A stretch of DNA of 64,000 nt from Candidatus Krumholzibacteriota bacterium (GTDB taxonomy: Bacteria > Krumholzibacteriota > Krumholzibacteriia > JAJRXK01). The position numbers and the translations under genes were made by a program. Shown piece by piece: positions 47,745 to 55,386 of the stretch. The notes under the pieces were generated by a model. The model was not told the origin of the DNA, did no database searches, and saw only the letters and a program-made list of their open reading frames with translations. Numbering within the stretch: the first letter of the stretch is position 1; each line of letters starts with the position of its first letter. The DNA is taken from contig JAJRXK010000108.1 in NCBI GenBank assembly GCA_024276305.1, positions 8,172 to 72,171 of the forward strand. The letters run 5' to 3'.

Positions 47745-49208
47745 CTTCAGCTCGGCCGGGAAGTCGAGGTCGAAGGCTTCGAGGCTTCCGGTTGCGGGGT
47801 CGCCCCACAGGAGTCGGTGATGGTTGGTGTCGGCGATCAGCAGGCGCTGGCCGACGGCGGTGATTCCGGCCGGTTCGTCCAGAGCCGTGGAGTCGGCCTC
47901 CGCGAAGAGATTCCGGCACCGCCGGGTTCGCAGATCGATGGCCTTGATCTTGTGATTGAAGGTGTCCGCCACGTAGAGGATCTCTCCGATGCGGGCGAGA
48001 TCCATGCAATGCTGCAGGAGAACGTCTTCGCCCTCGCCATCGACGTCTCCATAATCGAAGAGTCCTTGGCCGACCACCGTCTGTACGATTCCCTCTTCCA
48101 GATTCACCGCTCGCACGCTGCTGACTTCACTGTCCGCGACCATCAGATGGTTCCCGGCCAAGCAGAGACCGCTGGGTTGGGCAAAGGCGGCCTCTTGCAA
48201 CGAGGCGTCGATGTGGTCCTCCACTCCACTCCCCGCCCACGCTCCGATTTCGGCCTTCTCGATGTCGTAGAGCCACAGCTGATGGCTTCCGGCCATGGCG
48301 ATGACCAGGTGGTCTCCCGCTGCGACCACGTACCAGGGCGAACGCAGCGCATTCTCCAGCGGACGCTCGGGGTCGTGGTCGTCTCCACTGGTCCCGAGCT
48401 CTCCGTTGCCGGCGATCGTCTCCACCCAGAAGAGGTCGAGGTCGATGCGTCGCAATGCATGATTTCCCCGATCGGCCACGTAGAGATGGTGGTGGTGCCG
48501 GGTCATCCCCTGCGGATCCCGGAAGGTGGCGTGGTCGTGCCGTCCGTCACGGAGTCCGGGACTTCCGTCGCCGATGATCTTTTCCACCCGTCCGGCGTGG
48601 TCGCAGACCACGATGCGGTGGTGACCGCTGTCGGCGATGTAGATCCGTCGGTCGTCCGCGGCGACCTTTCCCGGATAGTAGAGTTGATGGTGGTCGGTGG
48701 TGGGGTCGGATCCGGGGTCGCGGAAGTCGGGGCGGAGGCAGCCCTTCTCGTTGCCTTCGGCCAGCAACTCTTCGATCCGGCCGGAGAGATCGTCGACCGT
48801 GGTCTCGCCGGAGATGTGCTCGCGCACATAACCCTCGGCGTCGACGAGAACGATCGTGGGCCAGGCTTTGACCAGGAATTGGGACCAGAGTTCCTGTCGC
48901 GAATCCATCACCACCGGGTGCTGGATGTGGTAGCGATGGACGGCATTCGCCACGCTCTCGTAGTCCTGCTCCTGCAGGAACTTGGGAGTATGGACACCGA
49001 CGACCTGCACCGGGGCGAGGGCGAATCGCTCTTCGATACGTGAGAGATGGGGCATCATGTGAAGACAGTTGATGCAGCAGTGGGTCCAGAAATCCAGGAC
49101 GATCACCTGCCCCTTCATCTGGGCGGTCCACTCGGCGGGGTCTTCGCAGTTCAGCCACGGGACATCGCTTGGGAGCTCAGCGGCGCGGACTTTCCCCAGG
49201 TCGGTCAT
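47742..49208 (-). CDS. Thioredoxin-like (TlpA-type) domain fused to NHL-repeat beta-propeller
   Basis: FWTHCCINCLH active-site region. Six NHL-like repeats (YVADRGNH, LIADTNHH and others). Confidence 0.8.
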   Translation of the reverse strand: MTDLGKVRAAELPSDVPWLNCEDPAEWTAQMKGQVIVLDFWTHCCINCLHMMPHLSRIEERFALAPVQVVGVHTPKFLQEQDYESVANAVHRYHIQHPVVMDSRQELWSQFLVKAWPTIVLVDAEGYVREHISGETTVDDLSGRIEELLAEGNEKGCLRPDFRDPGSDPTTDHHQLYYPGKVAADDRRIYIADSGHHRIVVCDHAGRVEKIIGDGSPGLRDGRHDHATFRDPQGMTRHHHHLYVADRGNHALRRIDLDLFWVETIAGNGELGTSGDDHDPERPLENALRSPWYVVAAGDHLVIAMAGSHQLWLYDIEKAEIGAWAGSGVEDHIDASLQEAAFAQPSGLCLAGNHLMVADSEVSSVRAVNLEEGIVQTVVGQGLFDYGDVDGEGEDVLLQHCMDLARIGEILYVADTFNHKIKAIDLRTRRCRNLFAEADSTALDEPAGITAVGQRLLIADTNHHRLLWGDPATGSLEAFDLDFPAELK

Positions 49209-49369
49209 GGATTCTCTTGGGCTCGGGGACGGAGGCGATCTGCGGGCTAGAGTGCCGTCTCGACCACATTTCGTCCAGCCGCGACTGGGCACAGCCTTGA
49301 CGAGCCCCCTCTCCGAAGAGATCTTGAGCGTTCATGGGGTCCGAGAGCCTTCGTCCTGGGGAGAGAGCC

Positions 49370-49633
49370 ATGTCACGCTTCGGCGCAGTGAGTCTGGTCT
49401 TCGGTCTTCTCGTAGTCGCCCTGGTGGTCTTTTCTCTCCGCGGAGTGGATGAGGCGACCTGCGAAGTCTGCGTGACCTTCAAGGGGCGCACCGAGTGCAG
49501 GATCGGGCAGGGACGGACCCGGGAAGATGCCATTCGCCAGGCCCAGACCTCCGCCTGCGCGGTGATGACCAATGGGATGGACGAGGTCGTGGCCTGTGGC
49601 CGCGTGGAGCCCAAGAGCGTGTCCTGCGAGTAG
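49370..49633 (+). CDS. Small membrane-anchored six-cysteine protein, hypothetical
   Basis: GGGGAGAGAG upstream of ATG. TM (VSLVFGLLVVALVVF), then CxxC plus four more Cys in 55 aa. Confidence 0.5.
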   Translation: MSRFGAVSLVFGLLVVALVVFSLRGVDEATCEVCVTFKGRTECRIGQGRTREDAIRQAQTSACAVMTNGMDEVVACGRVEPKSVSCE

Positions 49634-49649
49634 AACGCTCGCCACGCTC

Positions 49650-51416
49650 TCAGGGGGCCGGCATTCGGAGGGCCAGGATTGCTCGCAGCCGGTCGTTCCA
49701 ACTCTTCGGCTGGTCGAGTTCTTCGATGCAGATCGGCATTCGCCATCCCCAGTTCTCGTGGCTGGGAGTTCCCGGCACATTGATTCGCTCGTCGGCCGGA
49801 TCCAGCGGGCGCAGGGTTTCGTCGATGGCGAAGCAGTCGGGCAGCAGCAGCACGCAGAGCATGGAGCTCGTGCGCAGATTCCGTCGCAGAATCATCTCCA
49901 CGGTCTCTCCATCGAGTCGGTCGGGGACCTCTCGGTGACCGTGGATGGCTCGGGTGTAGTAGAGCGTGCGAGTCGCATGGTCCTCTTCTTCCCACCAACC
50001 CCGGATCGACGAGGCGTCGTGCAGTCCCGGAGCGCAGACGCTCAATTCGGGAAAGTGCGCCGGATCCCAGAAGGGCCGGTCCGCCTCGTTCTCGGCCCGA
50101 CACCATCTCTCGACTCGCAGGCCGGGAATGCCCAGATCGTCGAGGACCTCGGGAACGCAGGAGGGCACCGCTCCGAGGTCTTCGGCGCAGAGCAACATCT
50201 CCGTCTCGTGGCGCAAGGCCCCCAGTCTCTCCCTCCCCAACTCTCCCCATCGCCTTTCCCTCTCGGACTCGTTCTGCAGGAAGAGCTCCCGCAGAATCTC
50301 GCGTCGGCTGGGATCGAGGTCCAGGAAGAGGGGTTTCTGTTCCCACTCGAAGCGGAGTCCCCACTGGGTGGGGGTGGCGGGTAGGCGGAGGAGCGGCCCC
50401 TCCGGAGCGGCCAGGGCATCGAGTTCTTCGGAGCGGATCCCGCGGGCCGCGAAGCGGCGAGGATCGAGGGGGAGGGTGGGGACGTAGTGGCCATCTCTGC
50501 CACTGGTGTGGGGGAGGTCGATGCGCCAGATGCGGAAGAACCCCAGTACGTGGTCGATGCGCAGGGCTCGATAGTACTGGGAGGCATGACGAATCCTCCG
50601 GCGCCACCAGGCGTAGCCATCTTCGCGCATTCGCTCCCATCGATAGCAGGGAAATCCCCAGTACTGCCCCTCCTCGCAGTAAATGTCCGGGGGAGCGCCG
50701 GCGCGGCCTTCGAGGTCGAAGAGGTCGCGGTAGAACCAGACGTCGGCACTCTCTTCCTGGAGGAGGATGGGGACATCCCCCTTCAGAGCGACCCCCAGCT
50801 CCTTCAGGCGTTGGGCGCTCGCGAGCAGCTGACGATGGGCGTGGTACTGGACCCAGGTATGGTAGAGCCACTTCCGGTGCCTCGACTGCAGGAGATCTTC
50901 CAGGTCCTGGGGGCGGGGACGGCGGTAGTGCACCCACTCCGACCAGGGACGGCCTTCGTTCTCCTCGAGGAGGATCTTGTAGGCGGCGTAGACGTGGACC
51001 CAGTTCTGCTCGGTGGCGAAGGCCTCGAGTTGGGCCTCGAGGGCCCGGGGATCGAGACTCTCGAAGATCGAAGCCAGGACTCGGGTCTTGGCCGCCAGAA
51101 CGGCGTCGTAGTCCACCCGCGCGGTCTTGGCCAATTTCAGTTGTTCGGCCAGGTAGTCCTCGAGGAAGGTCGGATCGGGGGCGATCTCCTCGATGCAGAG
51201 GTAAATGGGATGGAGGGCCACCGCGCTGACCCCCGCATAGGGCGAGGGGTCGTCCCCGGTGTCCTGGACCGGCAGGATCTGGAGGAGATCGAAGCCCAGT
51301 CCCGCGGCCCACTGGCCGAAGGGAACGAGGTCCGGGTATTCGCCGATCCCGTGGTGACCCCGGCGGAGGGCCGAGAGAGGAGTCGCGACTCCGGTGCGGA
51401 AGGCGGAAGAGTCCAA
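49650..51416 (-). CDS. malQ: 4-alpha-glucanotransferase (amylomaltase, GH77)
   Basis: GH77 signature regions (LRIDHVLGFFR, catalytic Asp/Glu context), 588 aa. Confidence 0.9.
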   Translation of the reverse strand: MDSSAFRTGVATPLSALRRGHHGIGEYPDLVPFGQWAAGLGFDLLQILPVQDTGDDPSPYAGVSAVALHPIYLCIEEIAPDPTFLEDYLAEQLKLAKTARVDYDAVLAAKTRVLASIFESLDPRALEAQLEAFATEQNWVHVYAAYKILLEENEGRPWSEWVHYRRPRPQDLEDLLQSRHRKWLYHTWVQYHAHRQLLASAQRLKELGVALKGDVPILLQEESADVWFYRDLFDLEGRAGAPPDIYCEEGQYWGFPCYRWERMREDGYAWWRRRIRHASQYYRALRIDHVLGFFRIWRIDLPHTSGRDGHYVPTLPLDPRRFAARGIRSEELDALAAPEGPLLRLPATPTQWGLRFEWEQKPLFLDLDPSRREILRELFLQNESERERRWGELGRERLGALRHETEMLLCAEDLGAVPSCVPEVLDDLGIPGLRVERWCRAENEADRPFWDPAHFPELSVCAPGLHDASSIRGWWEEEDHATRTLYYTRAIHGHREVPDRLDGETVEMILRRNLRTSSMLCVLLLPDCFAIDETLRPLDPADERINVPGTPSHENWGWRMPICIEELDQPKSWNDRLRAILALRMPAP

Positions 51417-51424
51417 GGTCGGTC

Positions 51425-52183
51425 TCAGTTCGTGATGGGGAGCGCCTCGGCCACGTCGCCGTAGAGGTGTGCGAGGACCTCCCGCCGAGTGGGAGGAGTG
51501 GGGTATCCGAGTTCGCGGATTCGGTCGCGGATGACCTGCAGCTCTTCGATGGGCGCGTTGTCGACCTCGTCCACCAGGACCTCGTGGGTGAAGCGTCGCA
51601 CCCTCACCTGGAGGCGGCGATCGAAGGTGGCGGACCAGACGATCTTCTGGTCCCTCAGATCGAAGACATCCACGCTGAGTCCCACGTGGTGCCGACTCAA
51701 GAGCTCGATCTCGAAACGAATGCGATCTTCCTGGTCGTAGCGGGTCTGCTCGTGGGTGCGTTCGACCTCATCGATGTCGATGCGTCCGAGCAGGACATAG
51801 CGTCCGAGCGGGCGTCGTCGGGAGAGGGCGCCGAGGGCGGGTGCCGCGAGCCTCGCGCTGCGGGCATATTGGTCGAGAATCCCGGCGTACTCGTCGACAT
51901 CCCCGGCCAGCAGAGCTTGGGCCGGCCCCACCAGAGTCAGAGACGACTCCTCGCTCAGGCGCCGCCGCAGATTCTCCCCGAGGGTCAAGGGATCGTCGGT
52001 GCCGGTGGTGTCGGCGACCGAAGGTGCGACGACCACCGCGCCCACGATCAACCCGCCTTCACGGAGGGCGTGGTCGTCGAAGTCGGGGTCGGTGTAGACC
52101 GCCTTCTGCGCGCCTCCACACCCGACCAGGACGGTCCAGACCAGGAGGGTCCGAGCAGCCCAACCCATTTCCGGCCGGGACAT
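51425..52183 (-). CDS. Hypothetical lipoprotein
   Basis: Lipobox LVGCGG. No recognised domain. Start is either of two nearby ATGs. Confidence 0.5.
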   Translation of the reverse strand: MSRPEMGWAARTLLVWTVLVGCGGAQKAVYTDPDFDDHALREGGLIVGAVVVAPSVADTTGTDDPLTLGENLRRRLSEESSLTLVGPAQALLAGDVDEYAGILDQYARSARLAAPALGALSRRRPLGRYVLLGRIDIDEVERTHEQTRYDQEDRIRFEIELLSRHHVGLSVDVFDLRDQKIVWSATFDRRLQVRVRRFTHEVLVDEVDNAPIEELQVIRDRIRELGYPTPPTRREVLAHLYGDVAEALPITN

Positions 52184-52260
52184 TCGCAGGGGGAGCTTCG
52201 AATTCGGTCTCGACATCCGAGGCTTTCCTTGGAGGAGGTGCGGGCAGAAAGCGCCGAAGT

Positions 52261-53292
52261 CTAGCGTCCCCAGTTCAACAGTGGCAACACTCGTCGTCCG
52301 CGGGGATTGTCCCAGACCACATTCACCAAGCCGACCTGCACTCCGTGCAGCTCTCGGGTGAGGTTGATGAGTCCCACCGACAAGCCGCTCACCCGGGTGT
52401 CGAAACGGTTGTAGGCACTGATGGAGATCCCCTTCAAGCTCACTCCGACGTTGCGCAATCCCGAGAGCGCGATGCCCTCCACCCGGTCGCTGTCCAACCC
52501 CAGTCCCGCGATGGCGACGCCGCGGACTCTCTGGCCCACCGCCAGCCCCAGACCGGCCACCGCGAGGCCGGTGAAGTCACGGCCCACTCCCGCTCCCAGT
52601 CCGGTGACCAGAAGACCGGCGGCCCCTTCTCCGACGCTCATGCCCAGGCCGCTGACGCCGACTCCTCGCAGACGCTCTCCGACTCCCGCTCCCAATCCGG
52701 CCAGGACTACCCCGCCGAAGTCCCGTCCCACGCTCATTCCCAAACCACCGATGATCAGACCTCGGGCGTCGCGACCCACTCCGGCCCCGAGCCCCGCGAT
52801 CGCGATGCCGTCGAAGTCGGTCCCGATGCCCATGCCCACTCCCGCCACCAGAAGTCCCCGGCCGAAGGCCGGGGCCGAACTGTTCTCGGCCCAGCCGGCA
52901 TGACCTCCGCCGATGGCAATGCCCACCAGGCCGACCCCGATCCCGGAGAAACTGCGGGTGGCCTCGATGCCGACCCCCGCGAGATGAATTCCTCGAAGAG
53001 TCTCGGCCCCACTGCCCCAGAGTCCGATCCCCACTCCGTCGACCGTCCCCGACCGCATGGATCGGGACCTCCACAGAGTCAGGTTGAGCCCCCGGATGGT
53101 GTCGAGTTCGTGGTCGTGGAGATTGACGCGAAGCCCGGTCCACCGAGGGGAATTGCCCAGGCTCAGTCCGGTCTGCGAGAAGCCCAGGTCCACCGAGGAG
53201 GCGGAGGTCAGCGATGCCCCCAAGAGCAGGGCCAAGGCCACCGTGACTCCCACCGCTCTCCTCGAGCACCGGGCGGGAATGCGTGGCCTCAC
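52261..53292 (-). CDS. Secreted glycine-rich tandem-repeat protein (about ten 16-residue repeats), family not recognised
   Basis: GTG at 53292 is preceded by GGAG and followed by a signal peptide. Repeats of the form GRDFGGVVLAGLGAGV / GERLRGVGVSGLGMSV / GRDFTGLAVAGLGLAV. Confidence 0.6.
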   Translation of the reverse strand: MRPRIPARCSRRAVGVTVALALLLGASLTSASSVDLGFSQTGLSLGNSPRWTGLRVNLHDHELDTIRGLNLTLWRSRSMRSGTVDGVGIGLWGSGAETLRGIHLAGVGIEATRSFSGIGVGLVGIAIGGGHAGWAENSSAPAFGRGLLVAGVGMGIGTDFDGIAIAGLGAGVGRDARGLIIGGLGMSVGRDFGGVVLAGLGAGVGERLRGVGVSGLGMSVGEGAAGLLVTGLGAGVGRDFTGLAVAGLGLAVGQRVRGVAIAGLGLDSDRVEGIALSGLRNVGVSLKGISISAYNRFDTRVSGLSVGLINLTRELHGVQVGLVNVVWDNPRGRRVLPLLNWGR

Positions 53293-53345
53293 CAGAGGCT
53301 CCGGTCCTATCACGGGCGATCTCCAGGGTGCGGCGGGGGAAGAAT

Positions 53346-55175
53346 TCACAGGATTCCCAATTCCCTCAAGCTCGATTCGAGTTGGGTGACCAGCTGATCG
53401 CAGCGTTGGACCACGTCTTCGATGGGACCTGCTTCGCGTAGATTCACTCCCGCGCGTTGGAGCTGATCGATGGGATGGGAGGAGCTTCCCGATGCCAGGA
53501 GCTCGAGATAGCGTGGGACCACCACCTCGCGATTCTCTCCCTGCATGGCCTTGGCGATCGCCGCGGCCGAGGCGAAGCAAGTCGCGTACTGGTACACGTA
53601 GTAGGGTGTTCGGTAGAGATGGGGAATGCGGGCCCAGGTGAGAGCATAGGCCTCGTCGTGGACGATGGCATCTCCGTAGTAGTCGACCATCAGTTCTCGA
53701 TAGATCTCCGACAGGCTGTCCGCGGTCATGGCCTTCCCCGCTTCGATGTCTCGATGGGCGCGGAGTTCGAAGTCGGCGAAGAGAACCTGGGTGTAGAAGG
53801 TTCCCACCATGCTGTCGATGGCGTGCTGCAAGAGCAGGGTTCGTTCGCCGGGGTCACGGCTCTCGGCGAGGAGATGATCGAGGAGCAGACCCTCGTTCAA
53901 GGTCGATGCCACTTCGGCCACGAAGATGGTGTAGTCGGAGTAGACATAGGGTTGGGCGGCATGAGCGAGGACGGTGTGCATGCTGTGGCCCATCTCATGG
54001 GCCAGGGTGAACATGTCTCCCCGGGTGTCCTTGTAGTTCATCAGGACGTAGGGATGAACGCCGTAGACCGGGGCGCTATAAGCTCCCGACCTCTTCCCGG
54101 CATTCTCGTAGACGTCGATCCAGCCCGACCCGAAGGCCTCCTGCAGGCGGGACTGGTACTGTTCTCCCAAGGGGCGCACCGAGGCCACGATGTGTTCGAC
54201 GGCTTCCTCGTAGGGATAGGAGAGATCGCGGCGGACCAGGGGAACCTGAGAGTCGTAGAGGTGCATCTGCTCGAGGCCGAGGGCCTGTTGGCGCAGCCGG
54301 AGATAGCGCCGGAGAGGTGCGACCGCACTGCGGGTCGTCTCGATCAGGTTCTCGACCACCGCGGTGGGGATGGCATCGCCGTCGAGTGAGGCCTCGAGGG
54401 TCGACGCATAGCCTCGACTGCGGGCGAAGAACCAGTCCCGATGACATACTGCGCTGTAGAGGGCCGCATAGGTGTTCCGGTGATTCTCGAAGACCCCGTA
54501 GAGGGCTTCGAAGGCGGCGCGGCGATCCTTCTGGGAGGCACTGGTGCTCAGCAAGTGGTGGTAGGTCGAATAGGTGAGGGTGATTTCTTCCCCACTCTCG
54601 AGGACGATCCGGGGCCACTTGATGTCGGCACCACTCAGCATCGAGTAGGCTTCCCGGGGGGCGTTCGCGAGTTGAGAGGTGTAGCTGAGGAGGGTCTCTC
54701 GGGCTTCGTCGAGGACGTGTCGCTGTTGACGGAAGAGATCCGAGAGATAGAAGCGGTAGGGACCGAGCCGAGGATCTTCGGTGCACCAACGATCGACGCA
54801 CTCTTCCCCGAGGGCGAGGAGTTGGGGACGAAACCAGGCGGTCGCCGTTCCGGCCCGGGCCAGAAGCTCGGTCACCCGTTGTTTGTGGGCGGCGATCTCG
54901 TTGCGTCGGAGGTCCTCGTCGTGCATGAGCGCCGGATACCACCACACCCGTTGCGCCGCTTCGTCGATGCTGTCGTTGAGGCTCAAGATCTCGACCAAGG
55001 TCGATGCCCCCTCGGCCACTCGGCCCTGGAAGGCCTGCATCCGGTCGATCTGCTCTTCCAGAGACTTCATCGCCGTGTCCCAGGCGTCGAAGTTCTCGAA
55101 GATCTGCTCCAGCTTCCATCGCCGGTCGGCTGGAATCTGCTCACGAGGGAGAGGTTTCGTCGCCGTGGACGGCAT
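53346..55175 (-). CDS. pepF: Oligoendopeptidase F (M3B family)
   Basis: HEMGH zinc motif. M3 fold-length protein. ATG at 55175. Confidence 0.85.
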   Translation of the reverse strand: MPSTATKPLPREQIPADRRWKLEQIFENFDAWDTAMKSLEEQIDRMQAFQGRVAEGASTLVEILSLNDSIDEAAQRVWWYPALMHDEDLRRNEIAAHKQRVTELLARAGTATAWFRPQLLALGEECVDRWCTEDPRLGPYRFYLSDLFRQQRHVLDEARETLLSYTSQLANAPREAYSMLSGADIKWPRIVLESGEEITLTYSTYHHLLSTSASQKDRRAAFEALYGVFENHRNTYAALYSAVCHRDWFFARSRGYASTLEASLDGDAIPTAVVENLIETTRSAVAPLRRYLRLRQQALGLEQMHLYDSQVPLVRRDLSYPYEEAVEHIVASVRPLGEQYQSRLQEAFGSGWIDVYENAGKRSGAYSAPVYGVHPYVLMNYKDTRGDMFTLAHEMGHSMHTVLAHAAQPYVYSDYTIFVAEVASTLNEGLLLDHLLAESRDPGERTLLLQHAIDSMVGTFYTQVLFADFELRAHRDIEAGKAMTADSLSEIYRELMVDYYGDAIVHDEAYALTWARIPHLYRTPYYVYQYATCFASAAAIAKAMQGENREVVVPRYLELLASGSSSHPIDQLQRAGVNLREAGPIEDVVQRCDQLVTQLESSLRELGIL

Positions 55176-55386
55176 CGTGGTGCTCCATTCTTGGGCGAGA
55201 AGGCGGTGATGGCCCCAGAATTGCAAAAACCTTCGGATGCAGCGGAAGCCCGCCGACGCCGGAGGCGCCAACCGCAACCAAAGTACTCGAAGGAGGGGGA
55301 TTCGGCTCTCGCTCCTTCGATTCGAAGGGACTAGGGTGGCGATTCGACAACCCAGTTCGTCGACGACCGGCCCGCCTCTTTCCGGG

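Noticed and set aside
52261-53292. Periodic nucleotide repeats considered as a CRISPR or satellite array
   Set aside because: The 48-bp periodicity is in-frame and encodes glycine-rich peptide repeats. There are no spacers, no leader and no cas genes.
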